Below, one piece after another: positions 1 to 10,038 of a DNA stretch of 64,000 bases. The position numbers were made by a program, and so were the translations under genes. The stretch's first letter is position 1, and each line of letters begins with the position of its first letter. The stretch is from Candidatus Latescibacterota bacterium. Its GTDB lineage: Bacteria; Latescibacterota; UBA2968; GCA-2709665. The DNA lies in the NCBI GenBank assembly GCA_965208835.1, contig OZ242358.1:1376001-1440000 (forward strand), written 5' to 3'. Under the pieces are notes generated by a model. The model saw only the letters and a list, made by a program, of their open reading frames with translations. It made no database searches and was not told where the DNA came from.

Positions 1-1
1 C

Positions 2-1264
2 ATGAGCCGTCCACCGGAATGCATGACGTACCGGAACCCGCGAGTCGGACGGCCTGTAGCTGGAATCCCATACGATCGGTCCGTGATGGGTGTAGCGCAC
101 GGTGTCGAGAAATGTCGCGGCGCCTCGCACCCTGATCTCTTCGACCAGCGTTTCCACGGCGCGCCACCTGTCGCCGTGCCGGTATTCCCGGAGCGTGTCG
201 TCCTTGAAGGTGATCTCGTACCAGTCCGTCACGTCCGTTCCAGCGTTCGTGAACCCCCACGCGATATGCCGATTGAATCCGATAACCACGCCCGGTCCGC
301 CCGGCAACGACACGCCGTAGACGTTGACGGACGGATTCACGAGTTGAATCTCGTACCAAAGTGAAGGCAGGGAAAGGCCCAGGTGAGGGTCATTCGCCAA
401 TATGGGATGCCCGCTGGCGGTCCTGGTTCCGGAGACCGCCCAGTTGTTGCTTCCGATTCCTTCGCCGCTTCCCGTGCCGATCGACCCCCGGATAAGCGGC
501 GTATCCGGCCGTATGACTTTCCTGGGCTCGAATTCCCATGGGGTTCCCACCGGAATCACCGTATCGTTTCCGGCGGATGGGTGCGAGAACAGATCCCGTA
601 CAACCTCCTCGCCGAACCGGTCGAGCGTGTTGTTCATCCTGAGTTCCGCGTTCCCGCCGCGCAGTATCCACGCCATCGACTTGATCAGAATGGCGCATTT
701 CAATGGCGTCCAGGGCTCGGGGGCGTAACCCAGCAGTTTGTACTCAATGGGGTAGTCCCTCGCGCGAAGGCTGCCGATGTATGCATTGACGCCTTCTGTG
801 TACGCGGAGACGGAAAGCCGGGTTTCCGGCTCGGCCATTATGTCCTTGAGCGTATTCCGTGCGCCGTATACCAGGCCGACCCGCCGCTGGTACCGGTCGC
901 GTTCCAGAACGCCGGGCCCCAGAATTTCGGCAAGCCGCCCTGAAGCGGCCGTGGTTTGAAACTCCATCTGCCAGAGGCGGTCCCTTGCGGTAATGTACCC
1001 TTGGGCCAAGTACAGGTCCCGGTCGTTCTGCGCGAAGATGTGAGGCACCCTGCGTTCGTCATAGAGTACCGTTACGGGTTCGAGAAGTCCCGCGAGGCGC
1101 AATTCGCCTTCAGCTGGCGGGTCCTGCGTCTCGGCGTTCTGCCAGAAACCGTGGAATGGACTCAGGAATCTCCCCGCGGCCGGAAATCCACCCATTCGGG
1201 TATCGAGAGCCAGGACGACGACTACGGTCACGGCTGCGGAAGCGATGAATTTGATAAAAGGCAT
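2..1264 (-). CDS. Penicillin acylase family Ntn-hydrolase, 3' end runs off the window
   Basis: Absent from the ORF track. Manual minus-strand translation from ATG 1264 gives MPFIKFIASAAV...VPHIFAQNDRDLYLAQGYITARDRLWQME...GIGSNNWAVSGTRTASGHPILANDPHL...WYEIQL, with the beta-chain Ser nucleophile SNNW. Confidence 0.93.
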   Translation of the reverse strand, partial: MPFIKFIASAAVTVVVVLALDTRMGGFPAAGRFLSPFHGFWQNAETQDPPAEGELRLAGLLEPVTVLYDERRVPHIFAQNDRDLYLAQGYITARDRLWQMEFQTTAASGRLAEILGPGVLERDRYQRRVGLVYGARNTLKDIMAEPETRLSVSAYTEGVNAYIGSLRARDYPIEYKLLGYAPEPWTPLKCAILIKSMAWILRGGNAELRMNNTLDRFGEEVVRDLFSHPSAGNDTVIPVGTPWEFEPRKVIRPDTPLIRGSIGTGSGEGIGSNNWAVSGTRTASGHPILANDPHLGLSLPSLWYEIQLVNPSVNVYGVSLPGGPGVVIGFNRHIAWGFTNAGTDVTDWYEITFKDDTLREYRHGDRWRAVETLVEEIRVRGAATFLDTVRYTHHGPIVWDSSYRPSDSRVPVRHAFRWTAH

Positions 1265-1276
1265 AAGGCTGAAAAT

Positions 1277-1524
1277 CGGTAAGACGTGAGACGTGAGCCG
1301 GGAGAGGACCACACCCCAACCCACCAGACGTAAGCCGGGAGAGGGGAGAGATTGCCTGCCTTTTGAGGTTACTTCCCGTGCCGGAGGCAAGGAGAGAATA
1401 CAAACGGGGCGAGGATATCTTCTACCGTCTCACCTCTACCGTCTCACCTCTACCGTCTACCCGCATTTCTTCTACCGCCTACCTTCTTCCCTCTCACCGC
1501 CTCTTGGCGACCGGCCGGTCGCCC
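1277..1524 (+). repeat. Dispersed repeat family A, copy 1 (heptamer arms, conserved core, REP tail)
   Basis: NNAGAC/GG heptamers, core GAGATTGCCTGCCTT...GTGCCGGAGGCAAGG, then TCTCACC/TCTACCG heptamers and GGCGACCGGCCGGTCGCC. Aligns by eye with four other copies. Confidence 0.9.
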
Positions 1525-1994
1525 GCAATCCATGACGCAAAAATCGGCTCACACAAAGGCACGAAGACACAAAGGGAAAGGCAGCTCTCAGCTGTCAGCG
1601 AAGATCAAAAACGAAATCCAAATTCAAAATCCCCTTTTCCCCAAATTCCCTGCCTACGGCGTGTTCCTTTTGAAGCGACCAAAAGGAACCAAAAGTCGCC
1701 GCTGGGCGCGGGGCCTGCCTTATGCATGGCGCGAATTACCCTACAGGATGCACTTGATCCTCTGGCCTGCCAACCCCGGAGGATAACGTAAATCGGTGCG
1801 GGACGGAATAACGCGCCCTGCTCTGGAAGTACTCGCGAGAGAATTCACGCTCGATAACCGAATATCTGTTTGAGTGCGAGACCTCTCCCCCTGGCACCCT
1901 CGCGGGAGCTATCAGCCGTCAGCGATCAGCTTGAACCGGTCAGCGATACGGATCGGCGATATCAATCGGCGATTACCACGCCTGTGTTGGAATT

Positions 1995-2018
1995 GTAAGG
2001 GCGACCGGCCGGTCGTCC
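1995..2018. repeat. REP-like palindrome
   Basis: GTAAGGGCGACCGGCCGGTCGTCC; the same palindrome occurs at about 1506 and 4662. Confidence 0.7.
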
Positions 2019-2053
2019 GCCGGTCGGAAATTTACTTCGCGCATGTTGATCGC

Positions 2054-2509
2054 TCACCCTGATCGTCCGTCCTGAACCGGGATCCCCTTCGCCTCAGCGA
2101 ATGCCGTAACTGCCTCGATGATCTGTGGTTTGACGGTCTGATTGTCGTTATAGCTCATTGCGCTGAAGTCGATCTTTATGTTTCTGCCCTTGGCGAGTCG
2201 GAATTCAAGTTTCATCATCTGAACATCAATTTCTGAGATCGATTCCCAGGGAACTCTCCGACCTCTGTATAAACTCCTATCAATTGCCAGATTTGCATCG
2301 GAAACGGTGATTATGTATTTGTTTATGCGGTGCAAGAGACCCATAAAGGGCAGGGTGATTAGTCCCAACACGAGTTGAAGAGCGCCCAGAAACGGATTAT
2401 CCCCTATGTTCGCGATTCCGAGGAAGATCAATATCACGGCATACGTAACCCACATTATCCGAAACAAACGTGTCACCGGTACAGTAAGGTCAAACGTCCG
2501 CTCTTCCAT
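2054..2509 (-). CDS. Small membrane protein, two TM helices plus probable bacterial PH-like domain
   Basis: AAGGAGG RBS before ATG 2509; two hydrophobic segments then VPWESISEI; paralog at 4810-5265. Confidence 0.8.
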   Translation of the reverse strand: MEERTFDLTVPVTRLFRIMWVTYAVILIFLGIANIGDNPFLGALQLVLGLITLPFMGLLHRINKYIITVSDANLAIDRSLYRGRRVPWESISEIDVQMMKLEFRLAKGRNIKIDFSAMSYNDNQTVKPQIIEAVTAFAEAKGIPVQDGRSG

Positions 2510-2810
2510 GGATTCGTCCTCCTTCTTTGTACGAACAGTGGCGCATTGATCACGTACGTCCAGACGTAACACGATGCCGGCCCGCTGGATGACCAGAGCT
2601 CAGGCTGGCTCAGCCCGGTCACATCGGCTGCAATCTACAGTCTAATATAAGCCCGCAGGTTACAAAGGGAGAACCAAAGATTCAGCGGCTGCCGGGCTCA
2701 AATGGCCCGTGTTTGACGAGTTGTCTTTCTCTGGCATCTCTTCGTGCCTATATTGTGGGACCGTAAGGCGATGCCCAGGAACAGACCACGAACTTTATGA
2801 AAAGACACCC

Positions 2811-3716
2811 ATGAAATTTCGGTTCTACATTCTGGATGTCTTCACCCGGACGGCATTCGGGGGAAACCAGCTGGCAGTTGTGCCCGATGCGAGGGGTCTC
2901 AGCGCGGATGGCATGCAGAAGGTCGCCCGCGAGTTCAATTTTTCCGAAACCACGTTTGTATTTCCGCCTGCTGACGATTCTGCGACTGCCCGCGTGCGAA
3001 TCTTCACGCCTGCGGCCGAGGTGGACTTTGCGGGTCATCCCACGGTCGGAACGGCATGCGCCATTCGCTATAGCGGACATACGGATTCGGATTGCGTAAT
3101 TCTCGAAGAGAATGTCGGCCGGATTCCCGTGAGGATCTCAGATCAGGACGGCGTATTGTATGGCACCCTGACCAGCGATGCGCCGCTGGATTACGTGGCG
3201 GAAGGACCCTCGACTGCATCCCTTGCGGAAGTCCTTTCCCTGGACAGGGACGACGTCCTTGACGGGTTCTTCGCGAGCGTGGGACTGAACTTCTGTTTCG
3301 CGCATCTGGTGTCTAGAGAGGCCGTGGACCGAGCATCCGTGGACAAGCAGGCGTGGGTCAGAACGCTTTCCGATGCACGGTCGTCGGATATATTCTTCTT
3401 CGCCGGCGAACTGGAATCCGGAGCGGAGATTTACGCGAGGATGTCGGCGCCCTCATATGGCATTGACGAAGACCCGGCCACGGGTAGCGCCGTCGCCGCG
3501 CTTGTCGGCGTCGCGGGACTCAGAAGCGGCGTCCGATCCGGTGTATTGGAACTGTCGGTGACGCAGGGCGTGAAGATCGGCCGCGCAAGCAGGCTGGACG
3601 CGGCTGCGCGTATGCGGAACGGAGACGTGGTGTCGGTCGACGTGGGGGGACCCGCCGTCTTGACCGCCACAGGTGAGATCGAGGTCGGCGACGACTGGCT
3701 TCAGGACGAGGGGTGA
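2811..3716 (+). CDS. PhzF family isomerase/epimerase
   Basis: DVFT..FGGNQLAVV, SETTFV, EVDFAGHPTVG and EDPATGSA motifs. Confidence 0.93.
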   Translation: MKFRFYILDVFTRTAFGGNQLAVVPDARGLSADGMQKVAREFNFSETTFVFPPADDSATARVRIFTPAAEVDFAGHPTVGTACAIRYSGHTDSDCVILEENVGRIPVRISDQDGVLYGTLTSDAPLDYVAEGPSTASLAEVLSLDRDDVLDGFFASVGLNFCFAHLVSREAVDRASVDKQAWVRTLSDARSSDIFFFAGELESGAEIYARMSAPSYGIDEDPATGSAVAALVGVAGLRSGVRSGVLELSVTQGVKIGRASRLDAAARMRNGDVVSVDVGGPAVLTATGEIEVGDDWLQDEG

Positions 3717-3723
3717 CAGAGAA

Positions 3724-4482
3724 ATGCGTCTGCTAATCATCGACGGCTGGACCCTGGAAGGTAACCGGACTCATGCGCATGCCGGGGTGGAGGAGCAAGC
3801 GCATGTCTTCGAGTCGCTCGTTCGGGAAAGCCAGCCCGATGCGGAAGTTCGGATTGTCCACACGTATGGCGACGTCGGACCGTTAGACCTGGACTTCGGC
3901 AGGTACGATGGCGCGGTCTGGACCGGCGGGGGCGGCAACATCTACGAAGACAATCCATTCAACAGGCGTCAGCTGGCGTTGGGCGAGCGGGTACTCGCGG
4001 ATGTACCCCACGTCTGGGGAAGCTGCTGGGGGTTTCAGGTCATTACGACCCTTTGCGGCGGGGAGGTGGCGCCGGCGCGCCGTCCGGAAATCGGTATCGC
4101 AAAAGACATCACGGTACGATCGCTGGACTCTTCCAAGACCCTGTATCGCGGCAAGCCGCACACATTCGATGCGCCGGCCCATCACTTCGACGAGACCGCC
4201 CGGCTGCCTCGGGAATTCGAGATTGTCGCAGAAAATGCGACAACGCTGCAGGCCGTCGTATCAAAAAACCGGCGCATCACCTGCACGCAATACCATCCCG
4301 AACTGCCCTACGACTACATCGGAAAGCTGATGCGGCACTGGGCGCCGAATTACGCGTCGATGTTCGCGGAGGATGACTTCCGGAATCTGCTGGCGAGGTT
4401 GAAGAAGAAAGAGAGCGAAGAAAAGAGCTTCAGGAAGATCGAGTTCAGAAACTGGTTGGAAGTCGTGAGGCGAGGCGGGTAG
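3724..4482 (+). CDS. Class I glutamine amidotransferase-like protein
   Basis: WTGGG, GSCWGFQ nucleophile elbow and QYHPE (Cys-His-Glu triad). Confidence 0.9.
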   Translation: MRLLIIDGWTLEGNRTHAHAGVEEQAHVFESLVRESQPDAEVRIVHTYGDVGPLDLDFGRYDGAVWTGGGGNIYEDNPFNRRQLALGERVLADVPHVWGSCWGFQVITTLCGGEVAPARRPEIGIAKDITVRSLDSSKTLYRGKPHTFDAPAHHFDETARLPREFEIVAENATTLQAVVSKNRRITCTQYHPELPYDYIGKLMRHWAPNYASMFAEDDFRNLLARLKKKESEEKSFRKIEFRNWLEVVRRGG

Positions 4483-4533
4483 GACATTTGAAGTGGAAAC
4501 CTGAAAGTGACCTCTCACGCGGCCCTTCAAAAG

Positions 4534-4681
4534 CGGGTAGACGTAAGCCGCTAGACGGGAGAGATTGTCTGCCTCGTGAGGTTTCTTCTCGTGCCGGAGG
4601 CGAGATGGAATAGCATACCGGGCAAGGATTTCATCTACCCTCTTCCCTCTCACCGCCTTTTGGCGACCGGCCGGTCGCCCG
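4534..4681 (+). repeat. Dispersed repeat family A, copy 2 (short)
   Basis: Same core (GAGATTGTCTGCCTCGTGAGG...GTGCCGGAGGCG) and same REP tail as copy 1. Confidence 0.88.
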
Positions 4682-4694
4682 CCTGTCACGCAGA

Positions 4695-4732
4695 CCTCTC
4701 CCCCCAGCCCCCTATCCTTCGAGGAGAGGGGG
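4695..4732. repeat. REP-like hairpin
   Basis: CCCCTATCCT-TCG-AGGAGAGGGG preceded by CCTCTCCCCCCAG, between convergent genes. Confidence 0.55.
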
Positions 4733-4809
4733 AAGTAAGCCAGGAGTCACCTTGCCTATACCGTGACCCATCACCGTTTCCCCTTCAGTCTGGAATGGGG
4801 TCGGTCCGG

Positions 4810-5265
4810 TCACCCTGAACGGCCGTCCCGTATAGGAATCCCATTCGCCTCCGCGAACTCGTTCAGCGCCGCGATGATCTGGGGCTTTACAATCTGGTTG
4901 TCAGTATAGCTCAAATTAAAGTTCCAGTTCACATTTTTCCCCTCCTTGAGCGCTATATCCAATTTCAACAGTTGTATTTCTATATCAGAAATAGACGCCC
5001 AGGGAATTCTTCGTGGCTTGACTAAAGCTCTTTGCAGCGTCAGGTGCGAATCGTCAAACGCAATCACATATCGGTTCATGCGCGGCATAAGAACAACGGA
5101 GAGCATGAAAAACACACCAAAGGCTATCTGTAAGACGCCCAGTACATCGTCACCCCTCTCAAAGCTGAAGACACCACTGGCAACCTGAATCGCGCCAAAA
5201 CCGCTCTAACCCGCTAATAATAAGCGGGATACGGGAGCGGAGAGATCGAAGGTTTGTTCTTTCAT
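4810..5265 (-). pseudogene. Paralog of 2054-2509 with an in-frame TAG at codon 20
   Basis: MKEQTFDLSAPVSRLLLAG*SGFG... versus MEERTFDLTVPVTRLFRIMWVTYA. Both 456 nt and both end GIPxxDGRSG; the TAG (5206-5208) aligns to Trp. Confidence 0.8.
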
Positions 5266-5479
5266 GGACGTGATTTCCCCTATGTGTCGGTTTGTCGGTC
5301 GACGTTATTCTCTTCAAGGTTACTTTGGAAATAAGGGCGGTGAGGTGCATGAAGTCAACGACGAATTTAAGTAACCTACGTTGAGAGATCTGGACGAGTG
5401 TCGAGTGCTCCATTCAAATGGACACAATGAAAACACGGTATAACGCGGTTTTCAAAATAGGGCCAAAAAGGAGAGGACA

Positions 5480-5680
5480 ATGAAAGACTCAATCAGGTTT
5501 CCGAAGGGTTGGGACGAGGACCGTGTCCGACGCCTTCTGGACCATTACGAATCACAGACAGAAGACGAAGGAGTGGCGGAAGATGAAGCCGTATTGAAAG
5601 ACGAGAGCCAAACGCTGATGGCAATACCCAAGGCTCTGGTTCCTTCGGTACGAGCGCTTCTCTCCGAACACGCAGAGTGA
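5480..5680 (+). CDS. Small acidic protein, putative antitoxin-like
   Basis: Strong RBS AAGGAGAGG. FPKGWDEDRVRRLLDHYESQTEDEGVAEDE resembles small proteins recalled from toxin-antitoxin contexts. Confidence 0.7.
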   Translation: MKDSIRFPKGWDEDRVRRLLDHYESQTEDEGVAEDEAVLKDESQTLMAIPKALVPSVRALLSEHAE

Positions 5681-6254
5681 ATTCGCTGCCTTTCGTTTTC
5701 ACTTGATCTACATACACGCGAAGACGTGGGACAATATTCGCCTGATCTTGTTCAATTCCACGAGAGAGTTAGGCGTCCAGCGGCGTCATGCGATTCAGTT
5801 TTTCCAAGGCAATCTGAAATTCACGCCCTCCTCTTTAAACTCCTGCCGACCAATCCCATCCTCCGGTACGATACCAGATCCGCCCTTTCCGCACCACGCT
5901 TTCGGATTTCAGATTATTGATACCAGGCCCACGTGTGCTGGTGTCTTACAAACGACCGTTGGAGTGGCCACGGCTGCCCGTCCCGTGCCCAACCTCGAGT
6001 GTTGGGGACCAGTGTCGTTTGCAGATTTCCCTTGACTCCAAGCGGATCTTGGCTTTCCTTCCTTATCTGGTAAACGAACACCGGTGGTATGGTTTACAGT
6101 TGCCATTGGTTATTGCGATTCAGCGATTTTATGACGTCCCGTTCACTCGACCTCGCTGCGCGATGACGGAAGAACAATGACCGAGATTCTTCCGGAATCC
6201 TGCGCCTGACTTATGAGGTAGGGGAAACGGGTTTTTTGTCCACGTCGGGATGAT

Positions 6255-7901
6255 ATGCAGTCCATTGCAGAGTATCTCAGCGGCAAGACGCTGTTTGTAA
6301 CCGGCGCGACGGGGTTTCTGGCGAAGGGATTCGTGGAGAAGATCCTGTTTTCCGCGCCCGAGGTGGCGCGGATCTATCTCCTGATTCGGCCGCGGTCGCG
6401 TTCCAACGGCCAGCTTGTCTCCGACGCGGAACGTCTGGAGACCGAAATCCTTCAGTCCCGCGCGTTCGAAAGGCTGCGTGAGAGGTGGGGTGGGGCGTTT
6501 TCCGCCGTGATGGCGGATAAGCTCGTCGCGGTCGCCGGCGATCTGACCGAAGACGGGCTGGGGATTGCCGCCGATCAGCGCGAGCGTCTTGTCGAGGAAG
6601 TCGATTTTGTCGTCAATTTCGCCGGGACGGTTGTATTCGACGAGCCCATCGACAGCGCCCTCGAGCAGAATGCAATGGGGGCCGCCCGCGTCGTCACCTT
6701 CGCGAAGGCCTGCCGGAAAGCCGCGCTCGTTCATGTATCAACCGCGTACGTGAGCGGAAAGCGCACCGGCCGGATACCCGAAGCGCCGTTTCCCCAGGAC
6801 CGGAGCGTTTCGGACCTCATCAACGGAAGCGCCGCCGGCTTCGACCTGCAGGGCGAGATCGACGCCATCCGGGCTTTCACCCTGGAAGTCGAGGAGGCAT
6901 CCAGAAAGCCCGACCTCGAAGCGGCGTTCCTGAAGCAACTCCGGCGGCAGGACCGTGGAAAACGCGTTACCGACTACCGGAAGGCCCACCAGGTTGAAGC
7001 CCTTCGCCAGTGCTGGATCCGGAAGCAGCTGGTGGACGAAGGGATGCGGCGTGCGAGGCGCCACGGCTGGAACGACAGCTACACGCTCACCAAGGCGATG
7101 GGTGAGCAGCTGATCGCAAAGTCTCGGGGAAACCTTCCAACGGCCATCGTCCGGCCGTCAATCGTGGAGAGCAGCCTCGAGGACCCGGTACCCGGCTGGG
7201 TGGAGGATTTGAAAGTCGCCGACCCGCTGATCGTCCACTACGGCAAGGGCCGTCTGTCGAATTTTCCGATCGATCCCGGAATTGTACTGGATATCATACC
7301 CGTCGACGTCCTGAACAACGCCGTTGCGGCGGTTCTTCCGCAAGTACACGGGTCGGAGGAGATGAAGGTCTACCATGTGGCCTCGGGCTCGCAGAATCCG
7401 GTTCTGGCGAGTGAAATGGTCGATCTTGTTTACGGGTATTTCAAATCTTCGCCCATGCAGGACCGAAGCGGGCGACCCATCGACGTCAGGCCCTGGCAGT
7501 TCATCAGCCAGCGTCGGTTCAATTGTCTGGTCGCACTGAAATACAAGCTTCCGCTTGGCCTGTTGAAAGCGGCCGTGGACTATCTGCCCGCACAATGGGT
7601 TTCCCGTTACAGGCGCCGGGTAACCGGCATGGAGGCCGTTCTGGTGCGGCTTGAGTCCCTGGTCGATACCTATTGTGGGTACACCCACCTCGATTGCGAG
7701 TTCGAAACGGAGAATACGCGCCGGCTGTACCTGGCGCTGAATCCCGAAGATCAGAAGGTGTTCAACTTCGACGTGACGCGCATCAACTGGCCGGAGTACA
7801 TCCAGGAGATCCACATCCCGGGATTGAAACACCATGTATTGAAAGAGGGGGACGGGGCGGTTTCCGTGGTGGCCGCCGAAGCTGACGGGCCGCACAATTG
7901 A
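6255..7901 (+). CDS. Alcohol-forming fatty acyl-CoA reductase (NAD_binding_4 + Sterile domain)
   Basis: TGATGFLAK, HVSTAYV, YTLTKAMGE (YxxxK), IVRPSIVES, DIIPVD and C-terminal FNFDVTRINWPEY. Confidence 0.93.
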   Translation: MQSIAEYLSGKTLFVTGATGFLAKGFVEKILFSAPEVARIYLLIRPRSRSNGQLVSDAERLETEILQSRAFERLRERWGGAFSAVMADKLVAVAGDLTEDGLGIAADQRERLVEEVDFVVNFAGTVVFDEPIDSALEQNAMGAARVVTFAKACRKAALVHVSTAYVSGKRTGRIPEAPFPQDRSVSDLINGSAAGFDLQGEIDAIRAFTLEVEEASRKPDLEAAFLKQLRRQDRGKRVTDYRKAHQVEALRQCWIRKQLVDEGMRRARRHGWNDSYTLTKAMGEQLIAKSRGNLPTAIVRPSIVESSLEDPVPGWVEDLKVADPLIVHYGKGRLSNFPIDPGIVLDIIPVDVLNNAVAAVLPQVHGSEEMKVYHVASGSQNPVLASEMVDLVYGYFKSSPMQDRSGRPIDVRPWQFISQRRFNCLVALKYKLPLGLLKAAVDYLPAQWVSRYRRRVTGMEAVLVRLESLVDTYCGYTHLDCEFETENTRRLYLALNPEDQKVFNFDVTRINWPEYIQEIHIPGLKHHVLKEGDGAVSVVAAEADGPHN

Positions 7902-8014
7902 GGTTTGGGGTTCAGGACCGCCATCACTCGTGAGTTTACCCGACGGGGATGCGAACGGGGCGAACCCGAACCAGGCATAGGCGGTCTTTCAGCCTCTTTC
8001 ACGACAGGCGATTT

Positions 8015-9952
8015 ATGGATCGAAACAAGAAAATCCCCATGCACCAGCTGCTGTTGCGGGATCCGGACGGACTGCATGCAGCATATGATCAGGCTGCCTC
8101 GGAGTTGATCGAAGCGGTCCGGCCCGAAGGCTATTTCGAGGGCTGGACGGCGGGAGAGCTGACGTGGCCGTCCGGCGGCGCGGATCAGATCGGCCTGGGA
8201 GGCCTGCTTAAGCGTTCGCGAATCGTGGAGGCGATCTATAATGGCGTTCCCGCACTGCGGGAGCGGCGTCTGAAGGAGGCGCACGACCACTTCGTCGAAT
8301 TGACGCCGGCCTACCACGAGGGGAACCGGATCTATTTGCGGTTGCGGGATGAGTTCGTCGGCAGCGGCGCCGGAACGGGCCTGGATTTCCTGAAGCTATA
8401 CCAGTCGCTGTACGTTGAGGCGCTTGCAAAAGGAGATGATTTCTCGCCCGACCTGGCCGAAACAACATTGGCACAGGCCGGGATTTCACGGGTACCGCTG
8501 TCCCACGCCAGAGCCGTTGCGGAAGCGCTGCCGAGTGTGGCGACGGACGATTCGCGCTGGCAGGTCGAATACGCCTGCGCGGTGAACGGCGAAACATGGA
8601 ATGGATCCCTCCGGGAACTTCTGCAAGACGTGGCGCAGCGGACGTTGCACCTGATTGCCGCCGGAGAGCTTCTGGCCACGCGCTACAACACGTACAATAA
8701 CCTGGGCTGGTTCGGCAGTTCGGTGTGGAAGGTGGTCGCGGATGCCGATGTGCGGCTGTACCAGATGGAGGTTTCGGATCCGTCGCGCCTGGCGGCCCTG
8801 AAGACGGACGTTGATCTGGGCAGGAGCATGCTCGTGGAGTTTCTCGCGGCACACCGGGAGAATCCCGCCAGGCTGAGGCCGGAGAACTACTGGTACGGGC
8901 AGCCGTACAGCTATCTCACGCGGGACATGATCGACCTGAGCGTCCGGATCGTGGACGGTGTGAATTCTGCGGTACGAGAACGGGAGGGGCATTCGGAATT
9001 GGCGCTCCCTCCGCTGCTGGCCGGTGCCCATACGGGTCGATTCCTGGAATATGCTCACGTCGGCGTAACGGAGGAACTGACGTCCTTCCAGCGCAAAATC
9101 CGGATGTTGCGGTGGGCGAGGCGCTGCTGGCGGGTCGGGCGGCGCCGGAAACGCATCGCGGAGGAGGACCTCACGCCGTCAATGCGGCATGAGCGCGCGT
9201 GGGAGGTCTGGCTGGACTGGTCCCGCGACACGATGAATGCCTTCGGCATCCGGCTGGAAGTGACCATAGCACCCATGTTCCGGACGCTTGTCAGAGAGAT
9301 GGACCTTTCCGCCGGTGGCCAGAGGATCCTGTTTCTGCCTTCCCACCAGAGCATGCTGGAACACTTCGTTGTGTTTTCGGTTTTCAATGACCCGTTGTTT
9401 CTGGACGCGATGGGGTGGGAACGTTCCCGTCCGGTAGTTCAACTTGCCCGGACGGGACTTGCGAAGTCGACGTCGGTGAAGATCGGATCGCGCGAGATCA
9501 GCATCTTCGGCATGTCACCGGACAAATTCGACAGGATGTTCGAGACCGTGGACGGCTTTATCACCAGGGACAGCGTCGATATCTCATCCCATACGATTCC
9601 ACGCATCCTGCAGGAGATGGAACGCCGTCCCGGTGTGATCTATCCGATGGGAACAACGGCTTCGTTCGACGTACAGCTGTTCCCGCTCCAGCACGCGCTG
9701 TTCGCGAAGCTCCCCCAGGACGTGGTGATGATTCCCATCGTCTTTCGGGGCAGCCACGCGCTATGGCCGAAGTGCCCGGCGCGCAATCTGAATATCAATC
9801 CGGGTGTGATCGAGGCGGTGATCCTGCCCCCTATGCCGGGCGAGACCACGTTGCTGCCCCGACGCCGGTCGCTGCGAATCCAGCTGGAAGCCGCCAATCT
9901 GCTTCAGGCGGTGCATGTTTCCAATTTGCTGAATCCGGAGCCGTCCCGGTGA
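8015..9952 (+). CDS. Unknown N-terminal domain fused to a PlsC/LPLAT-type acyltransferase domain (candidate DHAP acyltransferase)
   Basis: ILFLPSHQSMLEH (motif I), GFITR (II), VIYPMGT (III), MIPIVFRGSHALWP (IV). Start could be 8015 or 8039. Confidence 0.75.
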   Translation: MDRNKKIPMHQLLLRDPDGLHAAYDQAASELIEAVRPEGYFEGWTAGELTWPSGGADQIGLGGLLKRSRIVEAIYNGVPALRERRLKEAHDHFVELTPAYHEGNRIYLRLRDEFVGSGAGTGLDFLKLYQSLYVEALAKGDDFSPDLAETTLAQAGISRVPLSHARAVAEALPSVATDDSRWQVEYACAVNGETWNGSLRELLQDVAQRTLHLIAAGELLATRYNTYNNLGWFGSSVWKVVADADVRLYQMEVSDPSRLAALKTDVDLGRSMLVEFLAAHRENPARLRPENYWYGQPYSYLTRDMIDLSVRIVDGVNSAVREREGHSELALPPLLAGAHTGRFLEYAHVGVTEELTSFQRKIRMLRWARRCWRVGRRRKRIAEEDLTPSMRHERAWEVWLDWSRDTMNAFGIRLEVTIAPMFRTLVREMDLSAGGQRILFLPSHQSMLEHFVVFSVFNDPLFLDAMGWERSRPVVQLARTGLAKSTSVKIGSREISIFGMSPDKFDRMFETVDGFITRDSVDISSHTIPRILQEMERRPGVIYPMGTTASFDVQLFPLQHALFAKLPQDVVMIPIVFRGSHALWPKCPARNLNINPGVIEAVILPPMPGETTLLPRRRSLRIQLEAANLLQAVHVSNLLNPEPSR

Positions 9953-10038
9953 TGCGTCGGGACGTCCCCAACAGCCGTCATTGAATTTCGCTGTCGAATA
10001 CATGTGGTCCGGCCGCTTGCGGTCGTCTGGAGTCCGTT

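Noticed and set aside
1293-1791. Small ORFs within family A and B repeats (also 18484-18873 and 45228-45524)
   Set aside because: They are translations of repeat DNA; reading frames and starts are not conserved between copies.
2811-3716. Phenazine biosynthesis cluster
   Set aside because: No phzA/B/D/E/G nearby; PhzF homologs are widespread.
5206-5208. Pyrrolysine or TAG recoding
   Set aside because: The TAG aligns to Trp (one base change), TAG is used as a normal stop elsewhere in the window, and no pyl genes are seen.
5700-6250. Riboswitch or ncRNA upstream of the FAR gene
   Set aside because: No recognisable aptamer consensus by eye; an Rfam scan would be needed.
6255-9952. Wax ester synthesis as the sole role of FAR plus acyltransferase
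   Set aside because: No HHxxxDG wax synthase motif, and the adjacent AGPS consumes fatty alcohol. Not fully excluded.
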